Shown: positions 9,419 through 17,642 of the stretch, in pieces
How the letters are laid out: each line of letters opens with the position of its first letter
How positions within the stretch are numbered: the first letter of the stretch is position 1
Source: Candidatus Woesearchaeota archaeon
Lineage (GTDB): Archaea > Nanobdellota > Nanobdellia > Woesearchaeales > UBA10216
Reading direction: 5' to 3'
NCBI GenBank assembly: GCA_016192915.1
Contig: JACPTF010000002.1
Location: 131,530-195,529, forward strand
DNA: 64,000 bases
Notes under the pieces: generated by a model
The model's database searches: none
The model's input: only the letters and a program-made list of their open reading frames with translations
What the model was told of the DNA's origin: nothing
Position numbers and translations under genes: made by a program

Positions 9419-9637
9419 ATGCCAGAAGGAAACATTCAAATCATCATTCTTGCAGTAATTATTGGCACCCTTTCAGCAATTGTATATTCCCTTCGAATCC
9501 TTGTCCTCATGGAGAGAAGGATTGCAAGGATAGACGAAAACCTTTTTGCAATCACCAAAAGGATAGCCCTTGAAGAAATCAAGATAGAGCGTGAAGAGAA
9601 GAGAATAGAGGCATCGTTAAGGAGAAGGAAGCGCTAA
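9419..9637 (+). CDS. Small single-pass membrane protein with coiled-coil tail
   Basis: GAGGTGG SD; hydrophobic IIILAVIIGTLSAIVYSL then MERRIARID. Confidence 0.75.
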   Translation: MPEGNIQIIILAVIIGTLSAIVYSLRILVLMERRIARIDENLFAITKRIALEEIKIEREEKRIEASLRRRKR

Positions 9638-9696
9638 ACTGGTTATCATTCTTATCATTTCTTTTACTTTCATCTTTGCTGATATTACGCTTAGCA

Positions 9697-10257
9697 TCAG
9701 CGCTTTCCCCCGTCTGCTGCTTGGTTTGTTTGGGTGCCCACCGTCCTTTTCCGCAGCTCTTCCAAAAACCTGATTTCTTCACAAATTTTCACCATTTCAG
9801 AACCAAGCCTTCTTTCATCACCCTCAACTTCTTGACCCAAAAGTTCACCACACTCAGGGCAATGGAATGAAAAATCACATGCCTTGTCAAAATCAAGGCG
9901 AACGCACTTATTCAAGCACGAATAGAAATCACTTTTGCCCTCTTTCAAGAAGCGTTCCTTTAGAGACTCAAGCTGGCTTTTTTCGTGCCTTAAAAGAAAG
10001 TCATTGATAATCTCATCATGAAAAGTCCAGTAATAGATGTACCACCCTATTTTGTTGTCCTTCTTCCTGGTAAACGAGGCAAGGTTCAGGCTATGCAACT
10101 TGTACAAAAGATTTCTTGTTTCATTAACTTCTTTTTTTAATGCCTCAGCAAGCTTGAATTCAGAATAGTCCTTTTTCTTGCTAAGCTCCCCGATTAAGTT
10201 AAAGACATCATCCCCAAAATATCCCTTCAACAAGTCATTAACCAAAGATTTTTTCAT
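9697..10257 (-). CDS. tfe: Transcription factor E alpha
   Basis: wHTH with TRNLLYKL, GWYIYYW, and C...C...FHCPECG zinc ribbon. Confidence 0.92.
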   Translation of the reverse strand: MKKSLVNDLLKGYFGDDVFNLIGELSKKKDYSEFKLAEALKKEVNETRNLLYKLHSLNLASFTRKKDNKIGWYIYYWTFHDEIINDFLLRHEKSQLESLKERFLKEGKSDFYSCLNKCVRLDFDKACDFSFHCPECGELLGQEVEGDERRLGSEMVKICEEIRFLEELRKRTVGTQTNQAADGGKR

Positions 10258-10340
10258 CTTTATGCTTTAATCATCATCTCCTCGTAGCACCAAAAGCTTT
10301 TTTAAACATATAAAAATCTTTAGAATGCGTAAGTAGGTGG

Positions 10341-10733
10341 CTAAAACACACCCAAAAGCTGCTCAAAGGACAGCCCCTTTTCTTTTACCATCTTTACTGA
10401 CACAGAAAACCCGGTGCCGGCTCTCTTTAAGTCGTCGGGTGTGAAAAAAGCCCATTTCATATCATTAAACCTTACCCCTATCCAAGGCTCTGCGCCAAAA
10501 ATCTTCGCAAACCTAACAAGGTCTTCAACCTGCTCCCTTGGCAGGTGCCTGTTCAGCTCTCCCGAAGACTTGCACTCAATGGCCAGTGACCTTGAAGCCT
10601 TCCCCGCTAGAATGTCCGGGCAGGGGTAAGAAGTTGACCCGGAGCCGGCTGCGCGAATAGCCCCCCACCCCTTGCTCCAGAACATGTGAATGAGCTCGCG
10701 CTCTGCATTGCTGCCTTTTGCTTTAGAGTTCAT
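10341..10733 (-). CDS. hjc: Holliday junction resolvase Hjc
   Basis: KGSNAERELI, RAAGSG, PDILAG, IECKS. Confidence 0.95.
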   Translation of the reverse strand: MNSKAKGSNAERELIHMFWSKGWGAIRAAGSGSTSYPCPDILAGKASRSLAIECKSSGELNRHLPREQVEDLVRFAKIFGAEPWIGVRFNDMKWAFFTPDDLKRAGTGFSVSVKMVKEKGLSFEQLLGVF

Positions 10734-10739
10734 GCAAAG

Positions 10740-11639
10740 CTAAACCTCTATCCGCATAAAATCCTTTGCACAGACGACATTGTCAAAAGTAGCCCTTGCA
10801 TCCTCCTCAAGCTTGCCAGTTGACTTATACCTTTGCGAGAAGTGGGTCAGGACTAGCTTGCATGCCCCAGCCTTGTTTGCAATAGTGGCTGCCTGGCCTG
10901 CCGTGAGGTGCTTGTATTCACCTGCTTTGCCTTCCAGTTCATCAGCATAGGTTGCTTCACAAATCAACACATCAGCACCTTCTGCAAGTTCTATTGCGCT
11001 GTTGCAAAGCTCTGTGTCCATTATTACAGTCACTTTTTTCCCCTTAGTTGCGTAAGTGACTTCTGAGGGCTTTACAATTTTGCCCTTCCAAGTTACCGTT
11101 TTCCCGACCTGTAGCTGCCCCATCAAAGGGCCCTCAGGCAGCCCGAGCTTTTTGGCAGCAGCCATATTAATATGAACGCGGTCCTTTTGCACTATGCTGT
11201 AGCCAAGGCAAGGCACAGAGTGCTGCAGCTTTCTTGACTCAATGTAAAAATCATCATTTCCAAAGACCATGCCTTCTTCAATATCCTCAACCTGAAGCTC
11301 AAGCCTGCCATCGCCATACTCCATGAGAAATGTCTTGCTCATGTGTTCAAACTGGGCCCTTGTGCCCTTTGGGCCAAAGACCTGCAGCCTGTGCCCTGTT
11401 GTTGAGCTGTTCAAAGTCTGGATAACGCCAGGCAAGCCAAGCACATGGTCTCCGTGCCAGTGGCTTATCAGAATTCTCGTTATCTTTGTCAGGGGAATGC
11501 CTGTGATTTTAAACTGCCTCTGCGTGCCCTCCCCGCAGTCAACCAGAATGCCCTCGGAGCCGTGGCTAATGAAAACTGCCGATTGGTTTCTGTCCTTTGT
11601 GGGCACCATTGAGCTTGTGCCCAAAAACACGATTTCCAT
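10740..11639 (-). CDS. rnz: Ribonuclease Z
   Basis: FLGTSSMVPTKDRN, DCGEGTQ, SHWHGDH, exosite GLPEGP, THFSQRY. Confidence 0.95.
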   Translation of the reverse strand: MEIVFLGTSSMVPTKDRNQSAVFISHGSEGILVDCGEGTQRQFKITGIPLTKITRILISHWHGDHVLGLPGVIQTLNSSTTGHRLQVFGPKGTRAQFEHMSKTFLMEYGDGRLELQVEDIEEGMVFGNDDFYIESRKLQHSVPCLGYSIVQKDRVHINMAAAKKLGLPEGPLMGQLQVGKTVTWKGKIVKPSEVTYATKGKKVTVIMDTELCNSAIELAEGADVLICEATYADELEGKAGEYKHLTAGQAATIANKAGACKLVLTHFSQRYKSTGKLEEDARATFDNVVCAKDFMRIEV

Positions 11640-11740
11640 AGAAAAGAAGGCATAAGGCAAATTATTTAAGTGTTGCGTTAAAAAACCCTTGTTGTGTAAT
11701 CGCAAAGCTTTTTAAGCATATTTAAAACCACTTTCTTCCC

Positions 11741-12340
11741 ATGGAAGCCGTTAATTTGCCTGACGTGAAAGAGAAGGAACCATCAAAGGAAGACCATTTG
11801 AAAAAGTCAAAGGAACATGTAAAAGCATTTCTCCTGAGGGAAAGAGTAGTTACTGAGAACACAGACGCTGCAAGGGAGCTCTACAACCAGAGCAGATACG
11901 GAAAACTGCTTCCTGACGGAAGGGTTCAGCTTGCCCTGACAGAAGCCATGTACCTGCTTGAAAGAGGCAAAATAGCCGTTGCCGCTTCTCGAGGGAAACA
12001 AGAAGTAAGCCCAGAGCAATTCATGAAAAAAGCATCAAAAACCCAGCAGAACTTCTGGGTAAAATACTCTGTGTTCAAGGACATAAGGGATAGGGGCTAC
12101 ATAATCAAAACCGCCCTGAAGTTCGGGGCCGACTTTAGGATTTATGACCGCGGCGTCAAACCAGGCGAGGATCACGCTCGCTGGATACTATACCCTGTGC
12201 ATGAGGGGGATACGCTCACGTGGCATGAGTTCTCTGCCAAGAACAGGGTTGCGCACAGCACCAAGAAAAGGCTTCTCATCGGAGTAGTTGACGAGGAAGC
12301 TGACGTGAGCTACTGGGAGGTCCGATGGATGAGGCCGTAA
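11741..12340 (+). CDS. endA: tRNA splicing endonuclease
   Basis: KTALKFGADFRIY, DH, RVAHSTKK catalytic Tyr/His/Lys. Confidence 0.93.
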   Translation: MEAVNLPDVKEKEPSKEDHLKKSKEHVKAFLLRERVVTENTDAARELYNQSRYGKLLPDGRVQLALTEAMYLLERGKIAVAASRGKQEVSPEQFMKKASKTQQNFWVKYSVFKDIRDRGYIIKTALKFGADFRIYDRGVKPGEDHARWILYPVHEGDTLTWHEFSAKNRVAHSTKKRLLIGVVDEEADVSYWEVRWMRP

Positions 12341-12416
12341 AATTCTTTTGTTACAGTGATAAATCCCCTGTATTGCCCTGATAAATTATTTAAACCCGCA
12401 GCGCCCTGCCCTTACC

Positions 12417-13385
12417 ATGACAGGCAGCCTCATAACCGACAGGGTAAAGCAGCTTGTGCGCATGCGCGGGCCGGTTATTCCTTCGCAGATTTCCAAAGAG
12501 ATAGGCACAAACATCTTAATGGCTTCTGCAATACTTTCTGAGTTGGCTTCTAAGAATGACGTGAAGATTTCAAGCGTCAAATTTGGGGGAACCCCCCTTT
12601 ACTATGTGGTTGGGCAGGAGCCAAAGCTCCAGAACTACATAGCCGGCCTGCCACAGAAAGAAAAGGAGGCGTTTGAGCTGCTGAAAGCAAATGGTGTGCT
12701 AAGAGACCACAGCATGGAACCGGCAACAAGGTTTGCGCTTCGCCAGATTAAGGACTTTGCAAAGCCGCTTGAGGTAAACATTAATGGGGAAACAGAAATA
12801 TTCTGGAAATGGTACATGCTCGCCAACGAAGATGCCAAAACAGCCATTAAAAAAATAATGGGTGTCGTTGAGGAAACTCAGCCAAAAATAGAGGCAGTAG
12901 TCGGAACGTCAGCGCAGGAAGAGAAGCCCTTCATTGCCCAAACAACCCAGCCGCAATATCCACCCATACAGCCTTTGCAGCAGCAAACAATACTGACAAC
13001 CCAACCGCAAGTGCTGCCGCAGCCACAGCCTAAAAAGCAGATAAGAACTACCTCGCAAAAAACTGCCGCAGCCGCCACCTCAGAATTTTCAAAAACCCTT
13101 GCCGACTTTTTTGCAAAAAGCAACATCGAAATCGAGTCCTCAGACTTAAGCAGCAAGTCAGAAGCCAAGTATACTGTCCTGCTCCCGAGCCCTGTCGGGA
13201 AGCTTAGGTACTGTTGCATTGCCAAAAACAAAAAAACATGCACCGACACAGACATAAGCTCAGCACTTGTGCAGGGGCAGCTAAAGAAACTCCCTGTCCT
13301 TCTTCTGACAAATGGCGAGCTGTCAAAAAAAGCACATGAGCTACTGTCAAAGGAAATCGGAGCCATCGTTGTGAAGAAGATTTAA
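12417..13385 (+). CDS. Hypothetical protein: winged-helix-like N-terminus, Q/P linker, nuclease-fold-like C-terminus
   Basis: 322-aa ORF directly upstream of fen; domain guesses by pattern only. Confidence 0.6.
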   Translation: MTGSLITDRVKQLVRMRGPVIPSQISKEIGTNILMASAILSELASKNDVKISSVKFGGTPLYYVVGQEPKLQNYIAGLPQKEKEAFELLKANGVLRDHSMEPATRFALRQIKDFAKPLEVNINGETEIFWKWYMLANEDAKTAIKKIMGVVEETQPKIEAVVGTSAQEEKPFIAQTTQPQYPPIQPLQQQTILTTQPQVLPQPQPKKQIRTTSQKTAAAATSEFSKTLADFFAKSNIEIESSDLSSKSEAKYTVLLPSPVGKLRYCCIAKNKKTCTDTDISSALVQGQLKKLPVLLLTNGELSKKAHELLSKEIGAIVVKKI

Positions 13386-13411
13386 AAAACAAGGCATCAG
13401 CCCATTCTGGC

Positions 13412-14446
13412 ATGGGAGTGCAAATAACAGAGCTGCTGCCGAAAAAAGAAGCCAAGCTGGAAGACTTCAGCAACAAAGTGATTGCTGTAGACGCAGCCAA
13501 CCACCTTTACCAGTTCCTGACAACCATAAGGGCCCCTGACGGCGCTTTCTTCACAGACTCGCACGGCAACGTAACCTCACACCTTATTGGCCTGTTTACA
13601 AGGACAACGCACCTGATGAAGCTAGGGATAAAGCCTATTTACGTCTTTGATGGCGAAGTGCCCAAGCTGAAAAAGCTTGAAATAAAAAGAAGGGCGGAGG
13701 CAAAGGAAGTGGCAGCTGAGAAGTACGCTGAGGCCGAGAAAAAAGGCGACATTGAGGAAATGAAGCGCTATGCCACCAGGTCAACAAGGCTCACAAAGGA
13801 AATGATTGCAGACGCAAAAGAGGTCATTGAGGCCCTGGGCTTGCCCGTGGTTCAGGGCTTAAGCGAGGGCGAAGCCCAAGCCGCGCACATTGTTGCTAAT
13901 GGAGATGCTTATGCAATAGCTTCACAAGATGCAGACAGCCTCCTTTTCGGCGCCACAAGAGTGGTGAGAAACCTCTCAATTGAAGGCAGAAGGAAACAAA
14001 ACAGTGTTCTCGGCTACGGCAGAGTAGAACCTGAACTCATCCTGCTTGATGAAGTGCTTTCCTCATTAGGCATCACGCAACAGCAGCTAATCTGCCTTGC
14101 AATGCTCGTTGGCACAGACTACAACACAGGAGGCATAAAAGGCATAGGCCCAAAAACCGCTCTTAAGATGGTAAAAGAGCAAAAAACCACCGAAAAGATA
14201 TTTGCAGCAGCAGGGTGGAGTGAGCACTTTAGCTATCCCTGGCAGGAAGTCTTGGAGCTTTTAGAGCACCCAAAAGTTACTGGCGATTATAGACTAGAAT
14301 TCCACCAGATAAACACAGCCAAGCTTGTCAAAATACTGTGCGAAAAGCACGACTTCTCACAGCAAAGGGTTGAGAACCAGCTTGAAGACATGGAAAAGTC
14401 AGCCGCCGCTAAACGGCAAAGAGGGCTTGGTGACTTCTTTGGCTAA
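13412..14446 (+). CDS. fen: Flap endonuclease 1
   Basis: MGV, YQFLTTIR, SEGEAQAA, SQDADSLLFG, GTDYN, C-terminal PIP QRGLGDFF. Confidence 0.97.
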   Translation: MGVQITELLPKKEAKLEDFSNKVIAVDAANHLYQFLTTIRAPDGAFFTDSHGNVTSHLIGLFTRTTHLMKLGIKPIYVFDGEVPKLKKLEIKRRAEAKEVAAEKYAEAEKKGDIEEMKRYATRSTRLTKEMIADAKEVIEALGLPVVQGLSEGEAQAAHIVANGDAYAIASQDADSLLFGATRVVRNLSIEGRRKQNSVLGYGRVEPELILLDEVLSSLGITQQQLICLAMLVGTDYNTGGIKGIGPKTALKMVKEQKTTEKIFAAAGWSEHFSYPWQEVLELLEHPKVTGDYRLEFHQINTAKLVKILCEKHDFSQQRVENQLEDMEKSAAAKRQRGLGDFFG

Positions 14447-14447
14447 A

Positions 14448-15236
14448 ATGACTCGCACCGAAAACATAAGGGCGTTTGACATCATAGGCAACACAGCGAT
14501 AGTTGAAATTCCAAAAAAAGCGAAACAGGGTGAAAAAGCCATTGCAGCCGGAATACTGGCACAACAGAAAAACATCAAGGCGGTGTATAAACGCATAGGA
14601 GGCCATGGAGGTAAGCTGCGGCTGCAAAAACTAAAGCACATTCTTGGCGAAAAGAGAACCGTAACAACCCACAAGGAGAACAACGTGCTGCTAAAGCTCG
14701 ATATCGCAAAGGTTTACTTTTCCCCGCGCCAGGCAACCGAGAGGAAAAGGGTCTTCTCACAAATAAAGAAGCAAGAAACTGTATTGGTTATGTTTTCCGG
14801 AGCTGGGCCATTCGCAATCGAAATAGCAAAAAACACACCAGCCAAGTTGGTTTATGGCATAGAGCTTAACAAAATAGCACACAAATACGCCCTTGAAAAT
14901 TCCGAACTCAACAGAGTTGAAAACAAAGTAAAACTATGTTGCGGTGATGTAAGGAAAATAGCCCCGAAGCTGAGAAAAAAGTTCGACCGCATAGTTATGC
15001 CATTGCCAAAAGGCGCAGAAAATTTCCTTAATATTTCTTTTGCAGCCGCAAAGAAAGGCGCAATAATTCACTTCTATGATTTTGAAAAAGAAGAAGATAT
15101 ACCAACAAAAGCGGTTTTAAAGGTAAAAACTGCAGCCGCAGCCTCCGGAAAGAAGATAAAAATCATCAGCATCGTGAAGTGCGGGCAGCTGGCACCGAGG
15201 GCTTATAGGGTGTGTGTTGACTTCAAGGTTTTGTAG
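14448..15236 (+). CDS. Trm5/Taw2-family SAM-dependent tRNA methyltransferase
   Basis: FDIIGNTAI, HKEN, KVYFSPR, MFSGAGPF, DRIVMPLP. Confidence 0.88.
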   Translation: MTRTENIRAFDIIGNTAIVEIPKKAKQGEKAIAAGILAQQKNIKAVYKRIGGHGGKLRLQKLKHILGEKRTVTTHKENNVLLKLDIAKVYFSPRQATERKRVFSQIKKQETVLVMFSGAGPFAIEIAKNTPAKLVYGIELNKIAHKYALENSELNRVENKVKLCCGDVRKIAPKLRKKFDRIVMPLPKGAENFLNISFAAAKKGAIIHFYDFEKEEDIPTKAVLKVKTAAAASGKKIKIISIVKCGQLAPRAYRVCVDFKVL

Positions 15237-15303
15237 CGAACTTTTTGTGTTACCCCTAACTTCTTTGGTTTCTTAATGCTATTTTTCTTGAGTAAGTGTT
15301 ACT

Positions 15304-15399
15304 AATAAGGCTATTAAAACTGCCACCAGTTAAGTAATTATAGCCTTTATTCGCTACAACTGTATTAAGTTAAAGCTTTGGCAGATGTTTAGCTGTGGC
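15304..15399. repeat. Family C-like double long-loop hairpin
   Basis: AATAAGGCTAT/ATAGCCTTTATT (15304-15351) and GCTACAACT/AGCTGTGGC (15353-15399). Confidence 0.45.
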
Positions 15400-15481
15400 A
15401 GTCGCGGCTATGACGAAGGTTTTAAATAATAGTAACAACAACCGCCAGACCGCGTGCAATGATCGCGTGAACACCCTCTGA

Positions 15482-15553
15482 TGACCTTCTTAAGAAGAAG
15501 GTCAATCAAGAAACTCAAGAACAGACCTTTTTAAGACAAGGGCGATGAAGAAC
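15482..15553 (+). repeat. Family B palindrome plus tail, followed by a degenerate tandem copy
   Basis: TGACCTTCTT-AAG-AAGAAGGTCA-ATCAAGAAACT (15482-15515) then AGACCTTTTTAAGACAAGGGCGATGAAGAAC. Confidence 0.8.
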
Positions 15554-15653
15554 GGGAGTAACTGGAGAGCACGCAAATTTCATCCGCCCCCCTTTAAACA
15601 AAAAATTTATATTTGCCTTCCCTTAGGGGTAGCTTATTTCAGGGGACGTACAT

Positions 15654-16190
15654 ATGGTAGGGCCACAGGATGCAGAAAAAGAAGAAAAAAGGGTAATGGG
15701 TGAAGAAATAAAAGAATTTAAAGAGCTGGAAGAAGCCTTATCTTTATTGCGCAATGTTTACGATCGCTCTTCCAAATTTCACTTAACCGCGCCTGAGGAT
15801 GTACCCTTTCTTGAAAATGCAGCAAGGCTCTTGCGTCAAGCGGAAAACAGTGCTGCCAAAATAATAGCCTTTTCAACAAGGCTCAAAAATGACATATTCG
15901 CAATCCCGAAACCCACAAGCCACGTTGAAAGATACCTGCAAAGTGTAGCAAGTCAACTGCAAACTGCAAAAAATGCCGACGCACTCCTCACCAACATAAT
16001 TCACGCAGTGGATCACGCAATTTATTATTCCAAGCAAACAAGTCATACTTCTTACAATGTTTATAATGAGGAAGGAACTAATGGTTTCAAAGCAATGGAC
16101 CATGCGTATATGGAACTCGCGGCTTTAACTCAGGCAGTAAAACAATTATACGAGTTCGAACGCTGGCTCGATGCTGAACTTAAGAAATAA
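15654..16190 (+). CDS. Hypothetical alpha-helical protein
   Basis: 178-aa ORF with upstream tttatat box and AGGGGA SD. Confidence 0.65.
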   Translation: MVGPQDAEKEEKRVMGEEIKEFKELEEALSLLRNVYDRSSKFHLTAPEDVPFLENAARLLRQAENSAAKIIAFSTRLKNDIFAIPKPTSHVERYLQSVASQLQTAKNADALLTNIIHAVDHAIYYSKQTSHTSYNVYNEEGTNGFKAMDHAYMELAALTQAVKQLYEFERWLDAELKK

Positions 16191-16204
16191 GCCGAACATT
16201 CTTT

Positions 16205-16301
16205 TTATAGAGGACTTTGAATAACTCCCTTATATTTAACTTTTGTTCAAAGTCCTCTAAGACAACTTTGACAAAAAATGGTTAATCAAAGTTGTCTATA
16301 A
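16205..16301. repeat. Family C double long-loop hairpin element with TTATAG/CTATAA ends
   Basis: Perfect 14-bp arms 16208-16221/16246-16259 and 12-bp arms 16260-16271/16286-16297; between convergent genes. Confidence 0.7.
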
Positions 16302-16318
16302 TTTGTTTTTTCCTCTAT

Positions 16319-17479
16319 TCACCCAAACATTTTCACATATTCTGTGCTTTCGGCTTCGTCCTTGCTCCTGACCTTTGATATAGCGCTTATGAAGTCCTTT
16401 GTCTCAACAGATGCGCGCTCCTCCCGTATGGCAAAATAGCCTGCCTCGGTGCAGACCGCCCTTATATCTGCGCCAGTTAGGTTTTCCGTCATCTCAACCA
16501 CCTTGTCAACATCAAGCTTGCTCGTGCTCATTGTTCCCGTATGAATCCTGAGTATCTCTTCCCTTGCATCTTTGGCAGGGATGGGGAAGTGGATGTGCCT
16601 TTCCAGGCGCCCAGGCCTCATTATGGCAGGGTCAAGTATGTCCTTCCTGTTTGTGCATCCGATAATTTTGACGTTACCAAGGCCTTTAAACCCGTCAATC
16701 TCAGCCAGAAGCTGCATAAACGTCCTTTGGACTTCCCTTTCGCCAGATGTGCCAATATCCATCCTTTTGGCGGCTAAGGCGTCCAGTTCATCTATGAAAA
16801 TAATAGAGGGGGCTTTCTGCCTGGCCATATTGAAGATTTCCTTGACAAGCTTGGCGCCTTCCCCAATAAATTTCTGGACAAGCTCAGAGCCAACAATCTC
16901 TATAAACGTTGAATTTGTGGCAGTTGCCACAGCCTTCGCAAGGAGCGTTTTCCCGGTTCCTGGTTGGCCGTGCAGAAGAACGCCCTTAGGCGGCTCAATG
17001 CCGACCTTTTCAAACAGCTCGGGCTTGTTAAGGGGGAGCTCAACAATCTCGCGAATCTCCCTTATCTGCTCCTCAAGCCCTCCAATTTCCTTCCACGGCA
17101 CGTTTGGCTTCTCAACAATCACAAACTTTTCAACACTATACCTTTTTGAAACGCCGGCTTTTTTCACAATCGAAAGGTTTTTCTGTTCAACGAAAACCAG
17201 CTCGCCAGGCCTTAGCTTGCCGCAGCCCGAAAGAACATCAACAAAGAACCTGTTGCCGTTGGGCATCTTTATCACGGCATTGCCGCCTTTTGCTGTCACA
17301 ACCTCACAAACCATTAGAGGGGAGCGCTTAAGCCTGTCCATATCATCCTTGAGCTGGCTTACTGTTTTCCTGAGAAGCGTGTTTTCCTCTTCAAGCAGGC
17401 TTATTGTGTGGTCATAAACAACATCAGAAAGCCTCCCGCTTCCACTTTCAACGCTGCCTTCAGTAACTATCAAACACAC
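16319..17479 (-). CDS. pan: Proteasome-activating nucleotidase (AAA+)
   Basis: N-terminal coiled coil and OB, GQPGTGKT, GSELVQKFIGEG, FIDELD, RPGRLER; start may be TTG at 17473. Confidence 0.93.
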   Translation of the reverse strand: MCLIVTEGSVESGSGRLSDVVYDHTISLLEEENTLLRKTVSQLKDDMDRLKRSPLMVCEVVTAKGGNAVIKMPNGNRFFVDVLSGCGKLRPGELVFVEQKNLSIVKKAGVSKRYSVEKFVIVEKPNVPWKEIGGLEEQIREIREIVELPLNKPELFEKVGIEPPKGVLLHGQPGTGKTLLAKAVATATNSTFIEIVGSELVQKFIGEGAKLVKEIFNMARQKAPSIIFIDELDALAAKRMDIGTSGEREVQRTFMQLLAEIDGFKGLGNVKIIGCTNRKDILDPAIMRPGRLERHIHFPIPAKDAREEILRIHTGTMSTSKLDVDKVVEMTENLTGADIRAVCTEAGYFAIREERASVETKDFISAISKVRSKDEAESTEYVKMFG

Positions 17480-17495
17480 CTTTTTACATTATTTT

Positions 17496-17631
17496 CGTTT
17501 CCCACGTCGCCATGCTGCGACGGGGCCCAATCGTGCTTTGCACGATTTGGGTTTGATGAACCCCAAGTCGCCTGTTGGCGACTGGGCCCAGTCGAGTTTT
17601 TCTCGACTTGGGCTTTTTCGGAAAAAGGTTC
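17496..17631. repeat. Two 51-nt Family A doublets (17501-17551, 17562-17612) nested in a reverse-oriented Family B element
   Basis: Four bulged hairpins joined pairwise at GGGCCC; removing both restores CGTTTTTTGATGAACCTTTTTCGGAAAAAGGTTC. Confidence 0.88.
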
Positions 17632-17642
17632 GCCGCAGCCAC

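Noticed and set aside
16572-17417. Long antisense ORFs (also 47222-47896, 59607-60239, 62890-63447 and others)
   Set aside because: Shadows of well-supported genes on the opposite strand, with no motifs of their own.
17501-17612. CRISPR array interpretation of the hairpin clusters, given the cas4-like gene
   Set aside because: No identical direct repeats with unique 30-40-nt spacers, and no cas1/cas2 in the window.
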